From: Macrostomum lignano
Lineage: Eukaryota
DNA length: 64,000 nucleotides
Direction of reading: 5' to 3'
Assembly (NCBI GenBank): GCA_002269645.1
Contig: NIVC01000412.1
Span: 558,001-622,000, forward strand
The notes beneath the pieces were generated by a model. It was not told the DNA's origin, did not search any database, and saw only the letters and a program-made list of their open reading frames with translations. The position numbers and the translations under genes are program-made. Below, in pieces: positions 12,701 through 25,000 of this stretch (its first letter is position 1; each line of letters starts with the position of its first letter).

Positions 12701-15700
12701 GTCCAGGACGTCGTCCTTTTTAAAATCCAACTCGTCCGCTGATTCGGCTGTGTAGGCGTGTAGCGCTCGGGCTGTCGGGTACTCCGACACGGGAAGCGAC
12801 GGAGGCGTCGGTGGCGGAGGCTGCTGAGCATATTCATCGTCTCGTGGCGGCTTCTTTGGCCGAACCGAGTCCAACGAGGCCTTGCGGCTGGTGTTGGACT
12901 TTCGATTTTGCTGATCGGCCATGGCTCTTTTAGGCGTTCGCGAGCTCAGATGAGTACAACAGCTGCCGTTGCCAGGTGGGCATTTCTCGCGGTTTACCTT
13001 AAATCGGTTTGAGAAGGCCCTATCACATCCGTGTACTTTCTCAGAAGGTCTATTCTAAGTGTGTTGGTGCTGTTGTACACCAGTGACCAAAGGCGTCTGG
13101 AAGTGCGCGACACGTGTATGACACCAAATATATAATAGTTACACATACGAGTATAGCTTTGCTATTTAATAGTCTATGGCTGGTGTCAATTTAGGCTAAA
13201 AGTAGCACAGCTTGCTGCACATGTTTTTCAAACCTATTTGGTCAACGTCTGTGTAGGCAGCGCCTACTATCGTGTGTGTGTGTGTTGGGGGGTTGTTAGC
13301 GGCTGCGCTGCGTGACTCTGCTAGCTCAACCCTTATGCGTACAATATTAAATGTGCATGGTGCGACTTTAGCCACCATTCTGACTCAGCTCAATAATTCA
13401 ATAAATATACTGATCGCTATTATTCTCGCCTGCAAGCTTTCGGCAACTATCGACTACAACAAGCAGTCTAGCCTCGTTTCACTCACTACAGTCTGTTCTT
13501 TAGTTTCCTTTTCTTTCAATTAACAAAGAAGAGGTTGAGAATCTGAGTGATGCTTAGAGGATAGAATCTGGAGATGAGGTTGAGAATCTGGAATCCGAGA
13601 AGATGCTTAGAGGATATCAGGTAGAATCAAAGATGAGGTTGAGAGGCTGGGATCCGAGAAGATGCTTAGAGGATAGAATCAAAGATGAGGTTGAGAGGCT
13701 GGGATCCGAGAAGATGTTTAGAGGATAGAATCTGGAGATGAGATTGAGAGGCTGAGATCCGAGATGATGATTAGAGGATAGAATCTGAGATGAGGTTGAG
13801 AGGCTGGGATCCGAGAAGATGCTTAGAGGATAGAATCAAAGATGAGGTTGAGAGGCTGGGATCCGAGAAGATTTTTAGAGGATAGAATCTGGAGATGAGA
13901 TTGAGAGGCTGAGATCCGAGATGATGATTAGAGGATAGAATCTGAGATGAGGTTGAGAGGCTGGGATCCGAGAAGATGATTAGAGGATAGAATCTGGAGA
14001 TGAGGTTGAGAGGCTGGGATCCGAGAAGATGTTTAGAGGATAGAATCTGGAGATGAGGTTGAGAGGCTGGAATCCGAGAAGATGCTTAGAGGATAGAATC
14101 TGAGATGAGGTTGAGAGGCTGGGATCCGAGATGATGCTTAGAGGATAGAATCAAGAGATGAGGTTGAGAGACTGGGATCCGCGATGATATTCGGAGGCGG
14201 ATCTGATCGAATGATGCTAGGAGGCTGGGATCTGAGTCGATCATCGCCTCTCCCCGCCCCAGGTGCACCGCATGTACGACTCCGGGTTCGGCAAGCGCAA
14301 GCAGGACGCCGCGTCATCGCAGGCGCCGCAGCCGTCCCAGCAGGAGTCGCTGAGCCCGGCGGCGGCCAGGAAGCTGCGCAACCGGGTGCTCGAACTCGAA
14401 GCCCAGGTGGCCGACCTGCAGACAGAAGTTGGCCGGCTAAACGAAGCCCTGGCCGAGGCGGACGCAGAGCTGGCCGACTCGGCGAAGCGCCAGCAGGCCC
14501 AGTCGGCGGAGCTGCAGCTGCAGCAGCAGATGATGGCGCACCAGTCGAAGGCGCAGCCGCAGGAGCAGAAGCCGGCCAAGGTCGACATTGAAGAGCTGGA
14601 GAAGACAGTCAGCAAGCTGGAGAAGGAGCTGGCGAAGGCGGATCAGCTGACGGATCAGCTGACTGCGGAGAAGGTACGGCTGTTTCTGAACTATTTAATG
14701 AAATTCTATAAACCCTGCACTCGCTACTTGTCAGTAGTAAATCTCTTCCCCTGCCCGATTTTGTGATTCACCAGACGGCCGCTCTGGAGGAGGCGGCCAA
14801 ATTTCGCGATGAAGCCGAGAAGCTGCAATCGGCGCTGGACGCCAAGATGGAGGCTTGGGCGGCCGCCACTGAGCAGCTCGAGGCCGAGCGGCGCCGCGCC
14901 GGCACTGGAGCCGCCGAGGCCGCCGCCGAAGCCGCTGCCGAGGCGCGGGCCGCCGCTCTCGCCGAAGCCGCCGCGGCCGCCGATAGAGAGCGCCAGGAGG
15001 CCGACGAGCGACTCGGCGCCGTTCGCCGTGAACTCGCCGAGGCTCAATCGACGCTCGAAGCCGAACGGCGAGACAACGCCGAGCGAATGGCGCAGCTGAA
15101 GGACGTGGAGAAGCTGAGGCGCAGCGAGGAGGAGCTGCGGAGACAGGTGGGTGGGAATGGGGGGCTGGGCATGGGTGACTTAGGGACCCAATGACCAAAT
15201 GACCCAATGACCAAATAACTCAATGACCCAATGACCCAATGACCCAATGACCAAATGACCCAATGACCCAATGACCCAATGACCCAATGACCAAATGACC
15301 CAATGACCAAATGACCCAATGACCAAATGACCCAATGACCAAATGACCAAATGACCCAATGACCAAATGACCCAATGACCAAATGACCCAATGACCAAAT
15401 GACCAAATGACCAAATGACCCAATGACCAAATGACCCAATGACCCAATGACCAAATGACCCAATGACCAAATGACCCAATGACTCAATGACCAAATGACC
15501 CAATGACCCAATGACCTAATGACCCAATGACCCAATGACCCAATGACCAAATGACCCAATGACCAAATGACCAAATGACCCAATGACCAAATGACCCACG
15601 AAAACTGCAGATTGGCCGCCTGCGCGCTGAGGCCCGCAAGTCGGACCAGGCCTGGGAGAAGAAGTTCGCGGTACTCAAACGCAGTCTTCACGCGGTCAAA

Positions 15701-16135
15701 GATGAGTGCTTCCTGCGACAGACAGCGCAGCGTCAGGCCGCCGTGCTGCACCAGGCCTCAGTGATGTACGCAGCCGACGCGCCTGGCGCCGTTCTGGCGC
15801 CGCTGCCGATGCAACAGGCGGCGCCGGCGCAGTCACAGCCAACAAGCGCCGATCAGCTGCTGGTCTCCGGTCGCCAGCAGCAGCTGCCGCGGCGCAAGGG
15901 CTCCGGCGGCGGCGGTGGCGGTGGAGGCGGCGGCGGTAACAAAGGTTTCCACGAGCGTCGGGCCGACCTTCTCTCCTACACGGCCTCGGCGCCGAACTCC
16001 GCCGGAGGGAACGGCCTCGGCGGCGGCGGATTTCAAACTGAAGACGACGAGGACGAGAATCAAGTGTGCTCGGAGGGTGAGGAGCTGCCCAAGGGGGTGG
16101 CGATGCTGCCGGAACGGCCGGGTTCCGGGAGGTGA
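9708..16135 (+). CDS. C10orf67: C10orf67-like coiled-coil protein (DUF4709 + DUF4724), ~627 aa; exons 9708-10133, 10384-10533, 14263-14673, 14775-15146, 15611-16135
   Basis: All four introns are GT-AG, phase 0, and give one continuous frame. ISDQLKIG...DRATNTDSSEI and WEKKFAVLKRSLHAVKDECFLRQ match the recalled N- and C-terminal conserved blocks of C10orf67 homologues. The start could be the ATG at 9717. Confidence 0.8.
10625..11090. repeat. 40-bp minisatellite (tgtttaaactggcgccatttcatttaaataggctcctctt)n, in intron 2
   Basis: About 11 tandem units, each a dimer of 20-bp subunits. Confidence 0.92.
11420..12922 (-). CDS. intronless Src-family tyrosine kinase (SH3-SH2-kinase, 500 aa), nested antisense in intron 2 of the C10orf67-like gene
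   Basis: Uninterrupted ORF with gccATGG context. SH3 (ALHAY...WWYAR...GYVPSNY), SH2 (FVLRPCS), GHGSFSEV, VAVKTLK, HRDLRAAN, DFG, KFPAKW. Confidence 0.93.
   Translation of the reverse strand: MADQQNRKSNTSRKASLDSVRPKKPPRDDEYAQQPPPPTPPSLPVSEYPTARALHAYTAESADELDFKKDDVLDIISDLSKGWWYARRHRGNKLGYVPSNYVLLNNAEVTQQPGWMEITRSEADKLLLQPGLPEGLFVLRPCSVGCYSISLRVKHLTKPNFYSVQHYRMSITSAGLFCISPEVTFHSVGELLAHYAQTADGMACKLLKPYPQPPPPPPADLSQLEVNRDCFVLLEVIGHGSFSEVHQAKWNNSIFVAVKTLKPNMEAEQNFIQEARLLLKAHHPHVLQIMGVCTDREPLYIVTELMANGSLLNYLRKDKGVLLNIEHLLRMMMQLVEAMAHLESLRIVHRDLRAANVLVGDDARVKLADFGLARELDDAGLYTGQGEKFPAKWTPSEAVTKGRFTAKSDVWSFGVVMWEFVTYGGVPYQGLQNREAVELVSKGYRMPNPHGGHIRCDPSLYQIMLDCWSASPEKRPTFAKLKDQLKAYAPEKHRASRRRV
13540..14235. 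repeat. ~52-54-bp minisatellite (gagatgaggttgagaggctgggatccgagaagatgcttagaggatagaatct)n
   Basis: About 13 tandem units ending about 30 bp before the exon-3 acceptor. Confidence 0.92.
15188..15597. repeat. 8-bp microsatellite (aatgaccc/aatgacca)n filling intron 4
   Basis: Tandem array between the donor at 15147 and the acceptor at 15610. Confidence 0.95.
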
Positions 16136-16220
16136 CAGCAGTGGCAGTGACAGTGACAGTTGGTAGTAACAGTTGGCAGTGACAGTTGTCAGTCACAGTT
16201 GGCAGTGACACTGACAGTTA
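16133..16220. repeat. short block of gtgacagt-type satellite starting at the stop codon
   Basis: Same motif as the array at 16984-17870. Confidence 0.7.
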
Positions 16221-16797
16221 GCCGCTGAGAAAATCGAGAACGAATCTGTACAGAATCTTCACAGACAACAGAATTTTGAGCGACAGATTTTTTCAATCTT
16301 GACTCGTTACAGAAATTTCGCTAATTACAAAATTCATATATTTTTACGCCTTCTCCTTCACAGTCTACTGACTCAGTAGAAACAATGGAACGTCGGATGC
16401 CCAAAAATATACAGAGAAAATCAGACTTCTTTTTTATTTATTTTCACTTACATGTATATAGCAACTAACTTCACCCATACAGTCAGCCTACCAGGCTGCG
16501 GTAGCATTTTTCACCGACCTTCAAATTAAAAAATTGATTACGAGCTATACTCGTACTGAGGCAGAAGCAACTGATTCTCTGTGCTCACCGAAACCGAAAT
16601 TTAACCAAGTGGAGTCCCTCAATCTACTTATCTACTGCCATCACATTGTACATTTGTTAGATTGCTAACTGCCCAGTGGAGCAGGTTATAGAGGCCTCGC
16701 ACGGCCAGGCGTATAGCGCTGAAATATTGCTCAAATTCAGAATCGATTTTTTGAATTTCTTGTTGTGTTTTCACAAAAATAACAAAACTATGCATTA

Positions 16798-16983
16798 TAC
16801 GAGGGTCACTCCGAAAGTCTTCAGCCTCACTAGCTTCTGAACTTCAGAAATCAAAATCAGCGCTAGGCCTGTTCGAAGTAGTCGCCTGCAGCACCTGTGC
16901 ACTTTTCCACTTTTCCATACGCTGAAACCACGAGTGAAATGCAGCAGACCAGTCAGCATCCTGCATGTCTGCAACAGCCTCGC
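16798..16983 (-). mobile_element. mariner-like transposon 3' remnant with one TIR
   Basis: TACGAGGGTCACTCCGAAAGT is a mariner-type terminus. The minus strand reads ...FHSWFQRMEK/...AGDYFEQA*, like the mariner C-terminal GDYFE motif. Confidence 0.6.
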
Positions 16984-17870
16984 AGTGACAGTTAGCAGTG
17001 ACAGTTAGCAGTGACAGTTAGCAGTGACAGTTAGCAGTGACAGTTAGCAGTGACAGTTAACAGTGATATTTAGCAGTGACAGTTAACAGAGACTGCAATT
17101 ATGTGATAGTTAGCAGTGACAATTAAGTGACAGTTAACAGTGACAATTAAGTGACAGTTAACAGTGACAGTTAGCAGTGACAGTTAGCAGTGACAGTTAA
17201 CAGTGACAATTAAGTGATAGTTAACAGTGACAATTAAGTGACAGTTAACAGTGACAGTTAGCACTGACAATTAACAGTGACAATTAAGTGGCAGTTAACA
17301 GTGACAATTAAGTAACAGTTAACAGTGACAGTTAGCAGTGACAGTTAACAGTGACAATTAAGTAACAGTTAACAGTGACAGTTAGCAGTGTCAGTTAACA
17401 GTAACAATTAAGTGACAGTTAGCAGTGACAGTTAACAGTGACAATTAAGTGACAGTTAACAGTGACAATTAAGTGACAGTTAACAGTGACAGTTAGCAGT
17501 TACAGTTAACAGAGACTGCAATTATGTGACAGTTAACAGTGACAGTTGCAGTGACAGTTAGCAGTGACAATTAAGTGACAGTTAACAGTGATAATTAAGT
17601 AACAGTTAACAGTGACAGTTAACAGTGACAATTAAGTGACAGTTAACAGTGACAGTCAGCAGTGACAGTTAGAAGTGATAGTGCATGGCAGAAACAGTAG
17701 CAGTGACAGTAGCAGTTGGTAGTGATAGTGATAAGGGCAGTCACAGTTGGAAGTGAAAGTTATAACGGCAGTGAAAGGGCAGTCACAGTTGGAAGTGAAA
17801 GTTATAACGGCAGTGAAAGGGCAGTTGCAATGACAGTTAGCAGTGACAGACGGTTGGCAGTGACAGACAG
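16984..17870. repeat. 13/11-bp minisatellite (gtgacagttagca / gtgacaattaa)n
   Basis: Tandem array with mixed unit variants. Confidence 0.93.
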
Positions 17871-18642
17871 TGAATGGGAAAGGGTTATTTACATGTAGCC
17901 TACATGTACTTAGATGCCAACTAATTGTACATTCTAAATGTATTGGCTAGCAACACAAGAGTTATGTAAGTTTGAATTATGAACATAAGTTACACTTGTA
18001 CATGCATTAAGCAGATTTGTTTTGTGTTGAAATATATATGTGCCTTACACTTTATAATGCCACTGTTAAATTCTGAACGAAAGCTAAAACTCAAATAAAA
18101 AATTTGTTTTCATAATATAAATATGAACTCATCAAAGCGACTCGCTTTTTATTTAATTTACTACTCAAACACTACTGACTACTGCAAAATGCATGTATAA
18201 ACTTTGCGCCAAATTTGGTGAGAAACGGTAGCCACATAGCCATATATACATGTGTATCTATATCTGCAGATTTGCATCACAGCTGTGCGATATGTTCAGA
18301 CGCAGCAATACTGAACTGTCGAATAAACAATAATCTATACCGCTATAACACGCATGAACTGTATAGTAGTAGGCCTAATTCCAACACCTGACATTTTTAT
18401 CGTTTCTTCATCAATTACATGTAGTTTACACAGCTACAGTGAGCCCCTGCTTGTCGAAGTAGCTAAATTCGGTCGCAATCTATCCAAATAATTATAGGTT
18501 TCGCACATGTTGGCTAATTCTACATGCATAATACATGTATAGAGATGTATTACATTCTATTAAAGGGTTATACTCGCAGAAAAAAACAAATTTAATTTAG
18601 CAGAACTGGCTACTTACTTTATACCGTATAAAACCTATTTTG

Positions 18643-18872
18643 TCCCTCATCACACCCTCCACTTTGCCTCTCACACCCTCTTCTCTGACTCTCACACTCT
18701 CTTTTCTCCCTCTCACACACCCTTCACTCTGCTTCTCACACCCTCCATTCTCCCTCTCACACATCTTCCACTCTGCCTCTCATACCCTCCACTCTCCCTC
18801 ATATCCACTCACCTTCTCATACCCCACTCTCATTATCCATCTCCCTCTCCATCTCACCTGCACTCTTCCTTC
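18643..18872. repeat. CT/CA-rich low-complexity tract
   Basis: G-poor pyrimidine-rich stretch with no clear period. Confidence 0.6.
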
Positions 18873-19904
18873 TGGCTCCTTTTTCAAAGTCAGTAGCAAT
18901 AATAAAAACTAGATATTTCGAATACTTAAAAAGAATTCTATGAAATTCAGTTACTTCCTCAGCCAGCATAAAAGCCTGCAATTGCGCAGAGCTCCCTGAC
19001 TACCCTCAGTAAAAGGTTTCCAATTCAATCTAATTGCCAAGTTCAACATGTTCTGAAATAAATTTTCAGTTCTATTGAAAAACCCTGTAGGAAAAATCAA
19101 GCGAACACCATAAAAACAGTAATTTAGTTAATTAGTCAAGGCTTGACCAATTAAATAAATTAAACGTTTTCTGATAAAATTTATCGGATAAGAAAGCTTA
19201 CTCAGTTAAAAATACACAAAAGGGCGACTGAACTTTCATTAGAAATTACATGGCCTTTTGTTATATTTTGTAGAACTCGCAGGGGTGACCAAACCGCATA
19301 TAAGCAAACCGTTAAAACAAATAATTACGCACAGTAATTGTCGGCAACGCACTGGGGACAGAAATTGGTCAATTAAAATAATTTATAAATGTGCCACTAA
19401 TTTTCTCAATATAATTAACACTGGATCTTACAGTTCCAGTTTAAACAAACAAATATAAATATTAGCATCAAGTAATCGCGTTGTACAAATAAATAAAGTA
19501 TAGATGCTATTATCATTAGCTTTATTATTGTAAACAGAAAGATGAACAATCAATTTTTGAGACAACTAGAATAGTTAATAATTTAATAATTCTCGATTAG
19601 ACAATAATTAATATACATGTAGAAGGCAATTATTAACCAAGCAACACACAGGACAGCACAAAGAGAAACACAAAGAGAAAAAAACCCACATTTGAACAGT
19701 GACCGACCAGGGTGGCAAGATTCACTGAATTTGGTGTGAGCTGGCCATCAGCCATCAACAGTCACTGGTGCTGACAGAAAGAACCCGTCCCAGCTAGGGA
19801 CAGGGAGACTGCGCTTGATTAACTGTACAAATATTTAACAAAACATATAAAGTAGCACTGAATCAAACACATCAGAATTAAATAGCAAGCAATCAGGGAG
19901 GGGA

Positions 19905-21106
19905 TGGCGGGTGACTCACTGAATGATCAGGGAAGAGGTGGCGGGTGACTCACTGAATGATCAGGGAGGGGTGGCGGGTGACTCACTGAATGATCAGGGA
20001 GGGGTGGCGGGTGACTCACTGAATGATCAGGGAGGGGTGGCGGGTGACTCACTGAATGATCAGGGAGGGGTGGCGGGTGACTCACTGAATGATCAGGGAG
20101 GGGGTGGCGTGTGACTCACCTGAATGATCAGGGAGGGGTGGCGGGTGACTCACTGAATGATCAGGGAGGGGTGGCGGGTGACTCACTGAATGATCAGGGA
20201 GGGGTGGCGGGTGACTCACTGAATGATCAGGGAAGAGGTGGCGGGTGACTCACTGAATGATCAGGGAGGGGTGGCGGGTGACTCACTGAATGATCAGGGA
20301 GGGGTGGCGGGTGACTCACTGAATGATCAGGGAGGGGTGGCGGGTGACTCACTGAATGATCAGGGAGGGGTGGCGGGTGACTCACTGAATGATCAGGGAG
20401 GGGGTGGCGTGTGACTCACCTGAATGATCAGGGAGGGGTGGCGGGTGACTCACTGAATGATCAGGGAGGGGTGGCGGGTGACTCACTGAATGATCAGGGA
20501 GGGGTGGCGGGTGACTCACTGAATGATCAGGGAGGGGTGGCGGGTGACTCACTGAATGATCAGGGAGGGGTGGCGGGTGACTCACTGAATGATCAGGGAG
20601 GGGTGGCGGGTGACTCACTGAATGATCAGGGAGGGGTGGCGGGTGACTCACTGAATGATCAGGGAGGGGTGGCGGGTGACTCACTGAATGATCAGGGAGG
20701 GGGTGGCGTGTGACTCACCTGAATGATCAGGGAGGGAGTGGCGGGTGGCTCACCTGAATGATCAGGGAAGAGGTGGCGGGTGATTCACTGAATGATCAGG
20801 GAGGGGTGGCGGGTGACTCACTGAATGATCAGGGAGGGGATGGCGGGTGACCCACTGAATGATCAGGGAGGGGTGGCGGGTGACTCACTGAATGATCAGG
20901 GAAGGGGTGGCGGGTGACTCACTGAATGATCAGGGAGGGGTGGCGGGTGACTCACTGAATGATCAGGGAGGGGTGGCGGGTGACTCACTGAATGATCAGG
21001 GAGGGGTGGCGGGTGACTCACTGAATGATCAGGGAAGGGGTGGCGGGTGACTCACTGAATGATCAGGGAAGGGGTGGCGGGTGATTCACTGAATGATCAG
21101 GGAGGT
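19905..21106. repeat. 33-bp G-rich minisatellite (gggaggggtggcgggtgactcactgaatgatca)n with 300-bp higher-order repeat
   Basis: About 36 units. Identical ORF translations at 19923 and 20223; the variant unit recurs at about 20100, 20400 and 20700. Confidence 0.97.
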
Positions 21107-22042
21107 TCCATAAAAATCTGCATTACAGCATTACAAAGCGCAGCACAATAGGAACAAACAAGAAGGAAAAAAAGGCATATTTTCAGCGCTCAGCAACGAG
21201 AACCAGGTGAGCAGTTAGTTAGGCATGCAAACATGGTAGCTCACTGGCGGAGACGGGTCGGGTTACATCAGGACTGAGAGAGAGAGGAAAGGCTGGCCAA
21301 AACTTGCCAGTGCTCTCCAGAAAGACCGCACCAAGACAGCAAAACAGCTAGCAGACTTTCTGCCGGCTGAAAGCAAAACTAAAACAAACGCAGAGATTGT
21401 CTCAGACGATATGTATCCAAAGCAGCTATTTTATTATAGCAATTTAAAAGATTTAGTAACTAGTATTGTCAGGTAACATTTATTGGGATTGAATCAAGAG
21501 TCAGAGGGGGGACCTGATACAGTTAAAACAGGCCAAACAAGCATGTTAAGGTTCTAGCAAAGCAAAGATATAAACCGCAATATAATAAAACAAATTAATC
21601 TAGTTTTTTAAGTAGACTGATAGCAACAACTAATTATAGCAGAATTGATTTATAATAAAAAAATTAAATTTTGTCTAAGAAACTGCAGATCAAATTTTCC
21701 CAGGTGTTCTAAGAAAGCTGCAGCTACACTGAGTCTCGCATGTATTTCTTAGAAAGTGCCAATAATTTGGAGTCCAAGTAATTAATATTTTGTTTAAATT
21801 ATCTAGAATGAGAGTCACATTGTAGCCACATGCATTTTCTCAGAATTAGGACAAGCTAACAAGCTAATGTACTACTTGCTTTTCTATTATTGAACTAATC
21901 AATAAATTTTTAATTTTTTGCAGGCTAAAAAAGTCAACATCGCAGGAAACTTACTAGTAATAAAAATGTACATAGGAGAGCAAGTCAGAAAAGAAATTTT
22001 GATGAAGAGAACATCTTTTGTTCTGTACAGCAATTGCCACAT

Positions 22043-25000
22043 TCAACGCTTATCCACGTACTGAATCTCCGTGGCAACGTTATAGTTCTCAAAGACGTCC
22101 TTCAGATAGGCGAATGTCGGCCGGCTGTCAGGATTGGCGCTCCAGCACTCCAGCATGAGCTGGTAGATGTTGTTGTCGCAGTAAACGTGTCCGCTGTGCG
22201 GGTTCGGCATGCGGTAGCCTTTGGACACTTCTTCTAGCACCTGACGGTTGGCCATGCCGACGTAGGGCGCGCGGCCGTAGGTGACAATCTCCCACATGAG
22301 CACGCCGAACGACCAGACGTCGGATTTCACTGAGAACATTCGGTTCTGAGCAGCCTCAGGCGCTGTCCACTTGATGGGGAACTTGGCGCCCTCGTCGGCC
22401 GTGTAGATGTCGTCTTCAGCGGTCATCCTGGCGAGCCCGAAGTCCGCCACCTTCACCCAGTTATTGTCGCCCACCAGAATATTGGCGGCCCGAAGATCTC
22501 TGTGCACGAAGTTCAAACTCTCCAAATAGGCCATGCCGTCGGATATTTGGGCCATCATGTCGATGAGATTCTCGAATTTCAGATTCAATCCGTTGTCTTT
22601 GCGCAGATAGTCTAGCAGTGCTCCGTTCACCATCAGCTCAGTGATGATGTAGATTGGCTCACCTGCCAGTTCAAATAATTTTGATTTCTTAGAATGGGAA
22701 AAATTTGGCGGAATGGGATCTGAAGAAGATTCTAAGAAATCGAACTTAAATGAATTGTGAATGTGTTTCTAGGAATTGGAATTTAAATAATATTCTCAGA
22801 AACTGTTTGAGTTTTTTTTAAGAAATAGAATTATCTTGGCGATTCCAAAAAGTAGGATCAAGTTGGCCGTTTTAGGAAATGCGATTAATTTGGTCATTCT
22901 AAGAAATGAGATCAACTTGGTCATTCTAAGAAATGAGATCAACTTGGTCATTCTAAGAAATGAGGTAAACTTGGTCATTCTAAGAAATGAGATCAACTTG
23001 GTCATTCTAAAAATGAGATAAACTTGGTCATTCTAAAAAATGAGATAAACTTGGTCATTCTAAGAAATAAGATCAATTTGGTCATTCTAAGAAATGAGAT
23101 CAATTTGGTCATTCTAAGAAATAAGATCAATTTGGTCATTCTAAGAAATGAGATCAATTTGGTCATTCTAAGAAATAAGATCAATTTGGTCATTCTAAGA
23201 AATAAGATCAACTTGGTTATTCTAAGAAATGAGATCGATTTGGTTATTCTAAGAAATGAGATCAATTTGGTAATTCTAAGAAATAAGATCAATTTGGTCA
23301 TTCTAAGAAATGAGATCGATGTGGTTATTCTAAGAAATGAGATCAATTTGGTCATTCTAAGAAATGAGATCAACTTGGTTATTCTAAGAAATGAGATCGA
23401 TTTGGTTATTCTAAGAAATGAGATCAACTTGGTTATTCTAAGAAATGAGATCGATTTGGTTATTCTAAGAAATGAGATCAACTTGGTTACTCTAAGAAAT
23501 GAGATCGATTTGGTTATTCTAAGAAACTGGTCTAAATCGTCTATTTAAAAAAATGAGGTTGACTCGGCCATTTAAAGAAATTAGTTTAAATAGTCTAGTT
23601 TTTTAAATGAGATCAACTCGGCCATTCTAACAAATACAACCGGGTGGTATCTGAACTATTCTTAAATATGGACTACAATTATGATTCTAAGAAGAATAGG
23701 ATCTCTAGGCATGAAATTTTGAGGATCTAGCGATTAAGGACTGGGGCAGTACTCACCCGTGGTGCAAACACCGAGAATCTGCACAATTCTCGGGTGATTC
23801 AATCGATGCAAGATCTGCGCCTCCGAGATGAATTTCTGAGCTTCCATAGTGTTCGGCTTCATGGTCTTCACAGCCACCTCAACGCTGTTGTTCCATTTGC
23901 CTAGGAACACTTCGCCGAAGGAGCCGTTGCCAAGTTTCTGCAGCAGCTGGATGCAATCGCGGTTCACCTCGATGTCGCGGAACTGCACAGGCGGTTTGTA
24001 GGCGCGGGGACACGGGATGGTGAGCTTGCAGCACAGGCCGTCGGTGCGCTCCTGATAATGACTAAGCAGGTCCTGCATGGAGTTGAAGGTGATTCTCGGC
24101 GATATGTAGAATCCGCCATTGTCCATGTTTTTGATCTTGTAGTGCTTAACCATGAAATTATTCTCCTTTGTTTGATCTTTCACTCGAACGCTGAGAGCGT
24201 AGTGACCGGACGAGCTGGGCCGCAGGATGTACGTGCCCGATGGGTTGCCGGGCATCAGCAGGTGCCTGGGGAGGTGACATGCGGTTCAAGCTACTCACAT
24301 TGACGCTTAATAACAATATTTGCAGGGCTGCAGGCAATTCTGCCCATTCTGTAGTACACACCCATGTACACTTCCGGTGCTTCAGGGGCTGGTCCTCAAT
24401 CGTACGACAGCCAGCTGTCTGGGCCTCTGTTTAGCGCTGTCATCTCTTTCCTTTCATCTGGTCAATTTCTAATTGGATTGTCCCCACCTTACCATCACCC
24501 TTATCAGGAGTTCAATCAATTTTTGTTAAACAAATTTCTAATTCTAGATTTAAAAGTTCTACTTTCAAGCCTATGTTTCAACAAGGACGCCAATTTCGGC
24601 AGCAGTTTGTGTAAACAAAGCTGACGATGTTTTTTGGCAATTTTATAGCGAATTCTATTTTCAGCTGATACAAATTTTAACTAATTGGTCTAACCCAAAA
24701 ATAACTTCTTGTAAATCAAATATTAATAGAATTTCAATATCAAACTCAGGAATCAGTTGAAACTGGGTGGCACTTATCGAAAGGCTTGGATAGACAGGGA
24801 TGCGGCTGTCAGGGCAGGGGCTTAGCTGGAGGGGGGATTATCGCGCCCCCTCCCAACTACTGATTTGCCACCTGCATCTCACAGGTTTGACATTTCTTGT
24901 ACCAGACAACTGCTTTGGCGGCCGGGGATTGGGGTATCAGGGATTAATGTGTCAGTGGCACGGGTTGGGGAGTCAAAGATCGAATTGTCAGGAGTTAGGG

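Noticed and set aside
19905-21106. CRISPR-like look of the 28-58-bp repeat arrays
   Set aside because: Units are head-to-tail with no unique spacers, there are no cas genes, and the context is eukaryotic.
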